Shown: positions 1 to 9,975 of the stretch, piece after piece
How positions within the stretch are numbered: the stretch's first letter is position 1
Layout: each line of letters opens with the position of its first letter
Source: a virus
Lineage: Duplodnaviria > Caudoviricetes
IMG/VR virus record: IMGVR_UViG_3300045596_000094
Location: 160,001-224,000 of that record
Length of the DNA: 64,000 bases
Strand: one strand, 5' to 3'
Notes under the pieces: generated by a model
Database searches by the model: none
Told to the model about the DNA's origin: nothing
Seen by the model: only the letters and a program-made list of their open reading frames with translations
Made by a program: the position numbers and the translations under genes

Positions 1-1703
1 ACCTTAAATCCAACTTGCTGTTGTTGGACATATGGGTTTTGTTGATACATGCCTTGATTTTGCATTTGGTTATTCCAACCCATTTGCTGCATTGGTTGAC
101 TTAACACCTGTACAACTTGACCCATTTGATTTACTAACAACTGCTGACCGTTCTGCCCAACAACGACCTGATGCCCTGGTGGTAACATTTGGTTGTTCTG
201 TTGTCCGCCGTATTGGTTCATCATTTGCTGTTGTGGTGATGTTGGTTGTGTATACGGGTTTACTTGCGCAGTCATCATCTGATTTTGTTGATTCATCTGC
301 GCTGCTGTACGATTCCATTGATCGAAAACCGTAGGTTGCTGTTGCTGTTGTGGTTGCACGTACCCTTGATTGATCATTGGTTGTTGAAACCCATTACCAT
401 TAGTGGGATAATTACCAAATCCAGCTACGCCGGATACACCAGTTTGATATCCTTGTTGTTGATAATTGGCTGGAGTTGTGTACGGATTTAACATCGGACG
501 TGCCTGAGCTGTCCGAGAGTCGTACGTACCGAAACCAGCCACCCCTGGAGCTGGCGGTTGTGCTTGGTTTTGTTGCTGCTGCACATAACCTGGAGCTGGT
601 TGTGAGTTCATTGGCATCTGAGCCATTGGTTGTTGCTGAGGGGGTGTTTGATAACCTTGCTGGACCACTGGTTGTGGTTGTGGGCTTTGCAACTGGGGTA
701 CATTTGCTGTATTGTTTGTTGCTTCTAAAGTAGCTGCCATACCAGGAGCAATTGAACGAGGGTTTTGCACGACTTCTTCCTTCTGTGTTCCCGCGAGCGC
801 TTCGCCGTCGTTTCCGATCATTACTGGGACAATGTTTCGATATTTACTGAGATTTGATAAACGTGGGACAAAGTCTAGATCTGCCGACACGTAATCTGCC
901 ATGCTAATAATCTCACCCGATTCTTCATCTTTATCTACGAATAAAGAACCGTAGATTTTCGTGATACGGTTTAGGGGTTCCATCACTTTGGTAAAAGATG
1001 TTGCTAATGCATGGAAGCCTGGTGCTTCCATTGAATCAGATGCTGCAGAATACGTATCTTCGACATCCCAATCCGGAAGAATGTAATCGAACAATGCTTT
1101 AAAGTCTTTCGAGTCACGTTTACGAACATCCCGATGTGCCCATGCAGTGCCTTCTGGCTTAAGCATTTCCATCAATAATGGGAAAGTGATTACAGATACG
1201 CGATTGAATACAGAACTACCGAATTTACCGCTACGTTTATTGAATACATTAACAACCCGAACATGCTTCATGTCGATTGCATCCAAAATACGCCCCAGGT
1301 TATTCTCACCTTTCTTATCCGCATCAGGTAAGATGGAAAGAATAGTGAGTTGATCCCCTGTTAGTTTATCATGTAACGATTTATCGCTAGCAATCTGATA
1401 AAGCTTTTGTGCAATATACGCAATAGAGAAACTGAGTTTAAATGTCACGACGGTTTTCAGATAATTCTGAATGGCACTATCGCCACGTGCTACGTTTTCA
1501 CTCATTGGATGAAATACTAAAGCGTTCTCAGGAACGCCGTGTAACACCGATGGTAACGGCATCAGTAAGTTGAGTTTATTTACTGATTGTGCTACTTGTT
1601 TATCTGGGTATTGTAGAAAGAGTTGCCCAGATTCATCATACGTGATGTTTAAAGCTTTTAGTAAAGGACCGTACAGTTCGGTTACAATATTTACAGGTTC
1701 CAT
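1..1703 (-). CDS. phiKZ gp70-like conserved core protein with long Q/N/G/P-rich low-complexity C-terminus (partial, runs off window)
   Basis: Not in the ORF track because it has no stop in the window. ATG at 1703 with GGAG RBS (MEPVNIVTELYGPLL...), frame open to position 1; lies directly after the gp68/gp69-like genes as in phiKZ synteny. Confidence 0.8.
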   Translation of the reverse strand, partial: MEPVNIVTELYGPLLKALNITYDESGQLFLQYPDKQVAQSVNKLNLLMPLPSVLHGVPENALVFHPMSENVARGDSAIQNYLKTVVTFKLSFSIAYIAQKLYQIASDKSLHDKLTGDQLTILSILPDADKKGENNLGRILDAIDMKHVRVVNVFNKRSGKFGSSVFNRVSVITFPLLMEMLKPEGTAWAHRDVRKRDSKDFKALFDYILPDWDVEDTYSAASDSMEAPGFHALATSFTKVMEPLNRITKIYGSLFVDKDEESGEIISMADYVSADLDFVPRLSNLSKYRNIVPVMIGNDGEALAGTQKEEVVQNPRSIAPGMAATLEATNNTANVPQLQSPQPQPVVQQGYQTPPQQQPMAQMPMNSQPAPGYVQQQQNQAQPPAPGVAGFGTYDSRTAQARPMLNPYTTPANYQQQGYQTGVSGVAGFGNYPTNGNGFQQPMINQGYVQPQQQQQPTVFDQWNRTAAQMNQQNQMMTAQVNPYTQPTSPQQQMMNQYGGQQNNQMLPPGHQVVVGQNGQQLLVNQMGQVVQVLSQPMQQMGWNNQMQNQGMYQQNPYVQQQQVGFK

Positions 1704-1716
1704 TGTTTACTCCAGA

Positions 1717-3243
1717 TTAAAATTGTGGATAAGGTTGATTTTGACCATTACCGAATACACCTAAGTTCTTTGCCATGAACTTAACGTCGCTTGCGATATT
1801 ATTTAAAACATTCTGACTACTTGTGACCATTGGTGTAAACGAAGCGTCGGCGTATGTTGGTGAGCAGTACGGTACTGGCGGTTGCCCATTGATAGAGATT
1901 TGAATATGCGAATCACCAAAAGCATCGATATGCGCAGAGATGCTAAACGGAATACCTTCTTGTAATGGCATATCACGGAAAATAGACAGCTCAGCATTAC
2001 GAACAAATGTGGCTAATGTCTGCTGGATATATCCTTGCGGTAATTCACCAAACAATGGCACAGGTGGATCTACCTGAACACTAATCTGACCAGTAGGTGT
2101 CATGTTGGTTGCGCGGATCGTGATACGACTCATCAAACTCTGTAACATGATGGCTGGTAAAGTTTGTAACAGATAAGTCGAAACAATCGCTTCCATCGAT
2201 TCATCAACACGCGCCTGCCCGCTACCCATTGGATCAAGTTGATACCACGGTTGGAAATCGCCAGCGTTAGACTGATAAATATCCAACTTCTTCGTTTCAC
2301 CCGTATTAATCACTTTTACAATTCCTTGTTGTGTGATCTCAGGGAATACATCTTTTAGTTCGTACCATGTCACATAGCCGTTTTCAACATAACCTGTGCG
2401 GCCCATTGAGATCTTCCCGATCAGCGGATCTTCGTAGAAGCTCAATTCACTTGCCCCTGCACCAGCTGCTGCTGCTGAATAAACGCCGTGATTACCACCG
2501 TTAGGATCCTCAAGCTGCACCGCGCGATATAGACTATCAAGAGAGGTCTGCAGGTATGTCGCCGGTAATTGGTTTGTTCGTCGAGACAATGAGGTTGAAA
2601 TAGCACTACGCATATCGCCAACGAACTGAGCATTCAACTGGCTAGTTTCCTGAGAAGACAAAGCGTACATTAAATCCATTGGACGAATAGTGCTTGGTAC
2701 TTGAATTGGTGCCATATTGGTTGGGTTGAATGTCGGGCGGGCCTGATTACCTATCATCTTAGGATGGATAACGTGGGAAGCATTTTGCACGTTAAAGAAA
2801 CCATTCGTATTAAATTCATTCGGCATGATTGAACTGATGGTGACACGGTTGTTCACGAACAACTGCATATTCGGATCAAAGTCATAACCACCATTTTGAA
2901 CTTGCACTACACCGGTAGAGTTACTGTAACCGGTATAGATATACTGCATTGAAGATTGTAAATTACCTGTATCAGGTACTGCGTGTAAAACAAAACGGTA
3001 ACGTTTATTTTGCCAACCGTTGGCAATGTTCACGAAACGATCCACCTGCGCTCCAGGTGTGATAATCTTCCCAGCAATCCCTGTCAGGTTGTCTGCGTGA
3101 ATCATGTCGCCCTGACGGGTCTGGTCAGCTAAAACGTTCATCATACGTTCGTCAACATGACTATTTAAAGAACGTGCGACCATATCGTTAGTTGTACCAG
3201 TTTCGATAAAGAAGATTGATGTAATGCGAAGATTAGCGTTCAT
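1717..3243 (-). CDS. picA: Phage-nucleus protein import factor PicA/Imp1 (phiKZ gp69-like)
   Basis: 508 aa, positioned between gp68-like and gp70-like genes in the chimallin core block. Assigned mainly on synteny and size. Confidence 0.7.
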   Translation of the reverse strand: MNANLRITSIFFIETGTTNDMVARSLNSHVDERMMNVLADQTRQGDMIHADNLTGIAGKIITPGAQVDRFVNIANGWQNKRYRFVLHAVPDTGNLQSSMQYIYTGYSNSTGVVQVQNGGYDFDPNMQLFVNNRVTISSIMPNEFNTNGFFNVQNASHVIHPKMIGNQARPTFNPTNMAPIQVPSTIRPMDLMYALSSQETSQLNAQFVGDMRSAISTSLSRRTNQLPATYLQTSLDSLYRAVQLEDPNGGNHGVYSAAAAGAGASELSFYEDPLIGKISMGRTGYVENGYVTWYELKDVFPEITQQGIVKVINTGETKKLDIYQSNAGDFQPWYQLDPMGSGQARVDESMEAIVSTYLLQTLPAIMLQSLMSRITIRATNMTPTGQISVQVDPPVPLFGELPQGYIQQTLATFVRNAELSIFRDMPLQEGIPFSISAHIDAFGDSHIQISINGQPPVPYCSPTYADASFTPMVTSSQNVLNNIASDVKFMAKNLGVFGNGQNQPYPQF

Positions 3244-3267
3244 GTGGGATTTCCTTTAGGATAATAA

Positions 3268-4851
3268 TTAAACGTTTGTTTTCCAGTTCTCAAGAGTTTC
3301 AAAAAGCTGATAATGCTTTTGTTGAATCTCATCGAGCTTTCCTGTAAGTAGATCAATTAGTTGATGCACTATATTTGCAGGCACAGTCATGTGACCATGT
3401 CTATCTACAGTCGGAACCATGTCTTGGGTTAAGAACCCCGGCGCTCTGATTGCTTTACGACAACGAGTAAGTCTCACACCCATCGTGTGCAAAGCAGGCA
3501 TCGCAAAGTTATTTGACTTTGCTTTCGCTACCCGGGTACGTTGTTGTATCTGGTACGGATACATTTTATCTAGTTTGTTGATGTGCTCCAAAGTTGGTTT
3601 AAGTAGGCGATTATCTAACCCAGAACCGCCACCAGATTTTAGATTCAATCCAGTAGAGATTAAAGCCAGTTCATGATAACCCCAGTGATGTAGTAAACAC
3701 TGAGTTGCAATCATTGCATTAATGTTTGTACGTTTTTCTAATACCTCGTAAAGAGTTGGTGAGATAGCAGTAGAAAGAACCCATTGCGCTAGGATGACAT
3801 TAGATTCATCATACATCTCATTTTCTAAACCAACCGTTACTTCCAATACAGCATTAACCAATTGTTCAGGAATGGTGTCATCGATTGTTCGACACATTTC
3901 GTACACATTCTCAGCGAATACGTCAGAGGTCACTAGATTACCAAAAGGTAAATCCTGTTTCACTCGGAATGTTTCTAAGAAAGATGGATCTTTCTCGCCA
4001 TCAACTACAGAAGAAGCGTTTCGTTTCTCCTGAATCACATCCCCGAATTTCTTCTCCATATTACGCATGGTTGTATCAATATAAACTGATACCTGAGAAA
4101 TCACGTTCGATACTGATTCATCTGCATGAATATTTATCATTCCTAATTTACGGACAATCAATACACCCGCGATCCATTCTGGAATTTCTTCACGACCAAT
4201 ACCACCTAAGATATTACTGATGGATTGGGCCTGTTTACTACTACGATGAGATTCCTGAATATAAACCAGTAGTCTACCAAATGCCGGGTAGTTCTTCAGG
4301 TTAGATTTTCGAATCAACTGATAGGCGCGGAATTCTTTCTGAGCATCAGGAACTGAATCTTTCGTAATACTAATGAACTCACCCCAGATCGGAATTAACA
4401 TTCGAATAGCAGATAGTAGAACCACCAACTTAATATAATCATCACGCAAATACGTTTTGTCTTTGGTAAATGATTCGTCAACCTGATTATAACTGGTTTT
4501 GACGTTACTAGGAACAATGATACCGCCTTTGATTTCTACAAAGTAATGAAACTTTGCTGGATCTATTAAATCAAATATGCGTTTAACGATTGTTTCTAAT
4601 TTGTCTTGCGTAAGTTGCATGGATAAAGGATTCAGTAATAATTCTTTTGCTGAAAGATAATGATCCCATAATTGATCTTGTTGTTGTGGGGTTAGGTTGG
4701 CTTTTATAAATCTGTTAGCAACATCAAAAACACCACCAGCATTTAAAACATTACTCGACTTATATAGTGTATTGGTTGAGAATACTAAAGCTTCCCCGTC
4801 ACTTTTAACAACCCTGACAGATTCACGGTTATTATCAAACTCTAAGAACAT
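3268..4851 (-). CDS. Non-virion RNA polymerase promoter-specificity subunit (phiKZ gp68-like)
   Basis: 527 aa, mostly helical, with TYLRDDY..L....R.LIPIWGEF motif; synteny; early-type promoter upstream. Confidence 0.75.
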   Translation of the reverse strand: MFLEFDNNRESVRVVKSDGEALVFSTNTLYKSSNVLNAGGVFDVANRFIKANLTPQQQDQLWDHYLSAKELLLNPLSMQLTQDKLETIVKRIFDLIDPAKFHYFVEIKGGIIVPSNVKTSYNQVDESFTKDKTYLRDDYIKLVVLLSAIRMLIPIWGEFISITKDSVPDAQKEFRAYQLIRKSNLKNYPAFGRLLVYIQESHRSSKQAQSISNILGGIGREEIPEWIAGVLIVRKLGMINIHADESVSNVISQVSVYIDTTMRNMEKKFGDVIQEKRNASSVVDGEKDPSFLETFRVKQDLPFGNLVTSDVFAENVYEMCRTIDDTIPEQLVNAVLEVTVGLENEMYDESNVILAQWVLSTAISPTLYEVLEKRTNINAMIATQCLLHHWGYHELALISTGLNLKSGGGSGLDNRLLKPTLEHINKLDKMYPYQIQQRTRVAKAKSNNFAMPALHTMGVRLTRCRKAIRAPGFLTQDMVPTVDRHGHMTVPANIVHQLIDLLTGKLDEIQQKHYQLFETLENWKTNV

Positions 4852-4898
4852 CTTTCACTCCAGATTAAAATAATGGATAGTTCCACCTTATCAAGATA

Positions 4899-4916
4899 AT
4901 AATGTATAGCTGAAAT
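4899..4916 (-). promoter_or_regulatory. Putative early (virion-RNAP) promoter ATTTCAGCTATACATTAT
   Basis: Member of a recurrent TACAYTAT-N5-TGA motif family found upstream of minus-strand operons. Confidence 0.65.
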
Positions 4917-4948
4917 TTCTTACGATTGAATTTTGCACGAGAGTAAGC

Positions 4949-4977
4949 TATACTAGCCCCGTGTAAGGGCTAGTATA
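4949..4977. terminator. Hairpin terminator after chmC-like gene
   Basis: TATACTAGCCC / GGGCTAGTATA inverted repeat. Confidence 0.6.
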
Positions 4978-4993
4978 TCTGTTTAGTCATTAG

Positions 4994-5740
4994 TTAAAAG
5001 TCATCAGCGAAATCGCCATCATCAAAATCACTACCACCGGCAGAAGCGCCAGAGCTACTGTTATTGTAAGCAGGTTTCTTCTGATAGCTGTTACCGCCAC
5101 CATTGTTGTTCCCGCTCCAACCACCTTTATTACCACCCTGCTGTCCACCACCAGCATTCTGAGGATCTTGACCCGCACCTGCCATTACAGCGTATACAAG
5201 GGCCATTGAACGCTCAGCAAATAAATTAGCATGGAAACGAGAGATCATACCTTTATCTAGATCGCCCGATTTAGCACGGAAACTATGATAGTAGTCGGGT
5301 TTAAAGTAAAACTTCACTTTAGGGGCATTACTCGTAACGCGATCAATTACAGAAATCCAAACCTGACCATCTTCGTCTTTACCGACCATCGTTTCAGAAA
5401 CAGTTTTTTGACGTACGTTCGGATCTGTGCGATCTTCTTTTTTGATCGGCTGCATGTTAGCAATGCTGAAAGTTTCCGGCGGTGTTGTATCTAGCGCCAG
5501 ATGTTGAATGAGTTTCATCACCACACCAAACGTGTCTAGATTCATACCTGCTGAAATACGAGAAACACCAGAACCATTATCACAGTTAGGAAAAACTGTG
5601 AATTGGGGGTTATTGCGGTAAATACCAACTTTCAACGAAGGGGGCTTGGCTCCTTTCTGTACAGGTGCCGCTGTTAAGTTTAATTTGCGCTCATCTAAAA
5701 TGGTTGTAGCGCGTGGAGCTGATTGATATTGTCCAGCCAT
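4994..5740 (-). CDS. chmC: ChmC-like nucleus-associated nucleic-acid-binding protein (phiKZ gp67-like)
   Basis: 248 aa with a beta-rich core, G/N/S-rich disordered tail and acidic end (DDGDFADDF); immediately upstream of the gp68-like gene. Confidence 0.65.
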   Translation of the reverse strand: MAGQYQSAPRATTILDERKLNLTAAPVQKGAKPPSLKVGIYRNNPQFTVFPNCDNGSGVSRISAGMNLDTFGVVMKLIQHLALDTTPPETFSIANMQPIKKEDRTDPNVRQKTVSETMVGKDEDGQVWISVIDRVTSNAPKVKFYFKPDYYHSFRAKSGDLDKGMISRFHANLFAERSMALVYAVMAGAGQDPQNAGGGQQGGNKGGWSGNNNGGGNSYQKKPAYNNSSSGASAGGSDFDDGDFADDF

Positions 5741-5764
5741 TATTACTATTCCTTCGAATGTTCA

Positions 5765-5782
5765 CTATAGGATGCTAAACGC
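5765..5782 (-). promoter_or_regulatory. Putative middle/nvRNAP promoter GCGTTTAGCATCCTATAG
   Basis: Identical 18-mer at 23989-24006; both copies sit just upstream of a start codon. Confidence 0.55.
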
Positions 5783-5800
5783 AATTATTTTTCACTGACC

Positions 5801-6655
5801 CTAGAATTGCTGGATCATTCTTGCGAGAGGCTTATCGTTTAATCGATTCATTTGAGCATCAATTAAACGATCCGTTGTTGTTTGATTCCACCGGCTAGCG
5901 ACGGAGAAATCAAGAATTTCTTGTTTTGCCTTAGGGGGCAAACCGGCAAATGTTCGACCATCTCCGAAGATTTGAATCGTTTTACGACTGAATGGAATTC
6001 TTTCCATTCCTTCGTTACCGGTCCTTCCTTTCAGCTTAGTGAACCAGCGATGCCGGTTCTTAATTGTACCAGTATGACTTTCTAACAAATCTAGATTTCT
6101 AGCATTTGCATGAGGTACAAGATCCACAGGGAAATGAGTGAGGATGATATTTCGTTCATCAGGAATAGGTACTTTAACATCACAAACCATGATGTTTAGT
6201 TTTCCTTGTTTTGCTAAACGAATAATTTGATCAACAACGTAGTACTCAATATTCTCGTAGAGGTTTGTTGGTTTTGGTTCTCTTAATTTAGCTAAAGGAT
6301 ATTCCCGTTGCAGCGTATTAAAAGTACAAACATAATAAACCACTGAAAGTTTTTCGTGAGATTGGTCCGAGATAATCACAGGAATATCTCTAATCTCTTC
6401 TAAAACCTTTTTAAGATAATGTTGAGCTGTCCATGTTGTCCGCAATTCTTTCTGCACAGCACCATGTAGATTCCGAACCAAAGTTCGGATATTAACGAAT
6501 AAATTATCGTACTGTGTATAAGGTAGTGGATTTGTAGGTTTTACGTTTTCGTTGATACCAAAGAGAGTTTCAAATGCGAGGGACGTACCGATCGAAACCG
6601 CATACTGCCCCTCTGTAATCTCATCGCCCTGAATTGCTTTAGCTAATAACGCCAA
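5801..6655 (-). CDS. Conserved core protein (phiKZ gp66-like), possibly degenerate PIN/FEN-like nuclease fold
   Basis: 284 aa; LFVNIRTL start strand and IFGD..F.GLP (H3TH-like) segment; overlaps the SbcD-like gene. Confidence 0.55.
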   Translation of the reverse strand: MALLAKAIQGDEITEGQYAVSIGTSLAFETLFGINENVKPTNPLPYTQYDNLFVNIRTLVRNLHGAVQKELRTTWTAQHYLKKVLEEIRDIPVIISDQSHEKLSVVYYVCTFNTLQREYPLAKLREPKPTNLYENIEYYVVDQIIRLAKQGKLNIMVCDVKVPIPDERNIILTHFPVDLVPHANARNLDLLESHTGTIKNRHRWFTKLKGRTGNEGMERIPFSRKTIQIFGDGRTFAGLPPKAKQEILDFSVASRWNQTTTDRLIDAQMNRLNDKPLARMIQQF

Positions 6656-7805
6656 TCATATTCTCCACAATTTTACTGCATCGAAGTGCACGTTCAGGAT
6701 TCTGGTCATTCAAGACAAGACGGATCTCATCTAGAATATTATCACGAGTAAGAATGGGTAACTGCCTCATTTGCTTCGTTGCTTCTTCCACTGTGATTTT
6801 CTTTTTATTATCAGATTCACGTTCAACCGTGAAACGAATGAAAGGGAATATATCTGCAAGACGTCTACGCATATCGCCTGCAACATCGCCCTTCTTACAT
6901 AGAAGGCGCACATTACCCGGAGATCGATTTTCACCTAGAGTTCTAGACACTAAAGCTAGAACGTCTTCTGGAGCGAAGCCGTGGACTTCTAGAGTGAGGT
7001 ATCTCATTGCACCGTAATTTTTAACAAACTGAACATTTCCGTGTAAAACTCGGATATGACCTTTATCCATTTCTTCGTTATGACTTAGCCGATCAAAAGA
7101 ACCTTGAGCTAAAATCTTACCGTGAATGGAATGTTTGTGAATATGCCCAATGTCAATGAAATGTCTTACTATCGCATTGTATTTGTCAGGATCATGAAAT
7201 CGATCCTTAATTGCTTCAATGTTGGGTAATTGGTGTGGGAAAGCGCCATGCATACAACCAATATCGACTTGAGTGATTCCGCGTTCATCCAGCAATGACT
7301 GAACAACATCCCACGTTTGTTCTGGTGTTGCTCTCGCCTCATCAGGAACATACAGTACATCAATGCCGAACTTATCGATTCGTTCAATATGAATCTGATC
7401 AATGTATTTCAAATCACACCGATAGTTATAATTGACATTCGTTTCATGGAAGATAAATGATTGATCCCAGTCATGTAAAGGTGTCCCTTTTAAAACTCGA
7501 ACCGCGATACCGCGCTTGACACACATTCCGATAAAACGTGCGACCCAAGCACGAACAGCTACCGCCGCAGAGGAATCAAATTCCATCTGAGAATCGAACA
7601 CATCTCCAGAAATGAAGATGATATCCAACTTACCTGTCTCGTCATTATCGGGAAATGCGTAAGTTTCCAAATTGTGGATAATGAAGTCTGTAGGTGTGTT
7701 GGGGTGCCCTAAATGAATATCCGATATAAAAGCCATATTCAGTTTAAGGGCGGCTGAGATTTGATCTAATGAACTTAGACCCATCTCTGTTAAAATATCA
7801 GACAT
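6639..7805 (-). CDS. sbcD: SbcD/Mre11-like metallophosphoesterase nuclease
   Basis: Motifs SDIHLG, GDVFD, GTPLHD, MHG, GHIH, QGSFDRL. Confidence 0.9.
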   Translation of the reverse strand: MSDILTEMGLSSLDQISAALKLNMAFISDIHLGHPNTPTDFIIHNLETYAFPDNDETGKLDIIFISGDVFDSQMEFDSSAAVAVRAWVARFIGMCVKRGIAVRVLKGTPLHDWDQSFIFHETNVNYNYRCDLKYIDQIHIERIDKFGIDVLYVPDEARATPEQTWDVVQSLLDERGITQVDIGCMHGAFPHQLPNIEAIKDRFHDPDKYNAIVRHFIDIGHIHKHSIHGKILAQGSFDRLSHNEEMDKGHIRVLHGNVQFVKNYGAMRYLTLEVHGFAPEDVLALVSRTLGENRSPGNVRLLCKKGDVAGDMRRRLADIFPFIRFTVERESDNKKKITVEEATKQMRQLPILTRDNILDEIRLVLNDQNPERALRCSKIVENMIGVIS

Positions 7806-8446
7806 TAGAATAACTCGTAATCGTCATCGTTGTCATCTACAGCAGAATCTTCTTCTACAGCATTGGGTTTGGTAGATTCAGCCTCACCGGGTAACGTGTA
7901 GCGTGGGAAACCGTAGTAATCGAAAATTACGTTCCATTGACGAATTTCGTCATATGAACCGGCATGTAAAATTACATTAGGGAGGATACGTTGTTTGATG
8001 AAACGATCACCTTCTGCAGGATGGACATTATACATGTTACCCGCTGTTTCAATTAATTGAAACATTTCCTCACCACCAATTCGAAGAGAGTCACGAGGTG
8101 CTCTGAAAATAGCGGGTACGGTAAACATCACAGTACCGTCAGCGGCAACAATCTCTGTAGGTAGATATGGGGACGGAACTGATTCAATCCATCGTTGCAT
8201 CATGTTACCCACTAGATGTTTTTCATCGAAATCGTAGGCATCGCCAGAAGCAGCGCGCATGTCTTGTAACATTTTATCGGCAACTTCTTTGTCCATTCCG
8301 CGGAGATCAAAGAAAGGTAAGAAGTCACGTTCAAAAATATCTTGTCGAAGTTTCTGCGCTGGTTTACGTACCAAGAAGTCCAACATCTGGGTATCTTCTT
8401 TTGTATTGTCTCTTGAAGCGGGATTGCCATCCATAGGTACTGTCAT
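7805..8446 (-). CDS. Conserved jumbo-phage core protein (probable virion protein)
   Basis: Likely start MTVPMD at 8446, right after the upstream stop; acidic tail; within the core block. Confidence 0.6.
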   Translation of the reverse strand: MTVPMDGNPASRDNTKEDTQMLDFLVRKPAQKLRQDIFERDFLPFFDLRGMDKEVADKMLQDMRAASGDAYDFDEKHLVGNMMQRWIESVPSPYLPTEIVAADGTVMFTVPAIFRAPRDSLRIGGEEMFQLIETAGNMYNVHPAEGDRFIKQRILPNVILHAGSYDEIRQWNVIFDYYGFPRYTLPGEAESTKPNAVEEDSAVDDNDDDYELF

Positions 8447-8447
8447 T

Positions 8448-8687
8448 TTAAACCATCCAAATATAAAGGGATTTAGGAACGGGATTGTTACGTATATGAT
8501 CACCAAACACCCAACCAGCTACTTGTTCAGGTAACCCTGAGGTGTTTGTTCTAATGTGAAATACCGTGCGATTATTATCACAGGGTTTGTAATCAACCAA
8601 CATGAAATTTGTTTCATTATGCGGGCAAGATTCGCTATAATTTATAGAAATCGGAGTACCCATTACATCAACTGTCATCTGACTCAT
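8448..8687 (-). CDS. Hypothetical protein
   Basis: 79 aa, fills the gap exactly; ATGA overlap with the upstream gene. Confidence 0.6.
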   Translation of the reverse strand: MSQMTVDVMGTPISINYSESCPHNETNFMLVDYKPCDNNRTVFHIRTNTSGLPEQVAGWVFGDHIRNNPVPKSLYIWMV

Positions 8688-9103
8688 CGTTTCACTACCT
8701 CAGCTATACGAAGTAACTGCGTCCCTTCAATCATTACCGTCTGATGGAGCGAACCTCGACCAGAACTGGTTGCGAACCATGCACCTAGGAGGATCTCATA
8801 GCGATTCTCTATTTCCGCACCGGTATAGGTATCTCTTACCGGCGTAAAGGTTACCTCAACCTGTGCATCATCCACGTAGTTCTCAACCATAATCAAGAAA
8901 TCATTTTGAATGCGGTTACAGGTTTCTTCAATGTTGTTTGGGTTCTGTTGGATTGCGTAAATTAATGAACAAAGTTGACCTTGGAACGTATTCGATTGCG
9001 AATAGTTGGTTCCAATATAATCCGCTAGAGCCATTTGCACTTTTTCATATGGTCCTTTCAACCAACCCGCCCGATCTAAAGTCGGGTAAACATTTTCAGC
9101 CAT
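8684..9103 (-). CDS. Conserved core protein, probable virion structural (possibly gp25-like baseplate/sheath initiator)
   Basis: 139 aa, P.L...GW and YSQS..F.G...SL.Y motifs, GGAG RBS. Function is inference. Confidence 0.55.
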   Translation of the reverse strand: MAENVYPTLDRAGWLKGPYEKVQMALADYIGTNYSQSNTFQGQLCSLIYAIQQNPNNIEETCNRIQNDFLIMVENYVDDAQVEVTFTPVRDTYTGAEIENRYEILLGAWFATSSGRGSLHQTVMIEGTQLLRIAEVVKR

Positions 9104-9164
9104 AATCTGCTCCGAAATAGAAAAAAATAATAGGACCGAAATCCTATTATTACCTAATCAACAA

Positions 9165-9800
9165 CTAAAGCATAGCATTAGCTGGTGAAGTCGGATCTTC
9201 TTTACGACGGCTAAGATGCATTTTCATATGTGCCCAGGTTTCCATGATCGCTGTTTGATCAGCTAGGTCAAGATTCATGATTTCTGTTTCTGGAGTATCG
9301 AACTCACCTAAGTACTCTACACAGATCTCCTCTTCGGTATCGCCCACTTGTTGGAATACACCATTGACCACCGCTTTATAAGCTAAGGTCTCTGTGGGAT
9401 CAATATCACGATGTTCCTGATCTACCCAACGCCCGTCATAACCAGCAATTTCTTGACGATAATACATATCACGTACACCAGGACACGCCATGATATATTG
9501 TAGCATAGTGTTTGGTGCGTTTTGCAATTTACCGATAGTATCTAGAACTTGTACATGATCAGGCATCCAGAAAGATTCCACTTTCCGTACAAGTGCCTTA
9601 GCCATACGGGTAATGTCGTTATATGCTAACGCATCAAAAACTGTACCTACTGTATTTTGGAAGAAAGTCCGTGCTTCTGGAAGCATTTGACTTTGGATTG
9701 CTTCATTCCGTTGGAGACACCATTGTGCCGTCATCGGATCTGGTGCACCACATGCAATGGCGCTAAACGTATTTGAATCACCATTAATAAATGTAAGCAT
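9165..9800 (-). CDS. Conserved core protein (probable phiKZ gp59/Imp3-like)
   Basis: 211 aa, LQNA...M..YIMA.P.VR..Y and C-terminal TW....DPTS..N..L motifs; synteny downstream of the nvRNAP beta' gene. Confidence 0.55.
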   Translation of the reverse strand: MLTFINGDSNTFSAIACGAPDPMTAQWCLQRNEAIQSQMLPEARTFFQNTVGTVFDALAYNDITRMAKALVRKVESFWMPDHVQVLDTIGKLQNAPNTMLQYIMACPGVRDMYYRQEIAGYDGRWVDQEHRDIDPTETLAYKAVVNGVFQQVGDTEEEICVEYLGEFDTPETEIMNLDLADQTAIMETWAHMKMHLSRRKEDPTSPANAML

Positions 9801-9975
9801 TAGTAGTTTCCTTTATCTTCTCCAAAGAATATGATTTACTGTCATTTTTAAATGGTCGAAAATCACTCAATTTTATTACCTCTATCACTATTCACTTTAA
9901 TATTGTATATCTAATAATTGTTTATTTATACTTCGTTCATTTATTATGAACTTGATTTAACTTCACAGGCTTAAC

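Noticed and set aside
32-1764. Short + strand ORFs (32..334, 476..733, etc.) and other antisense or alternate-frame ORFs in the track
   Set aside because: They are shadows of long minus-strand genes and lack RBS or motifs.
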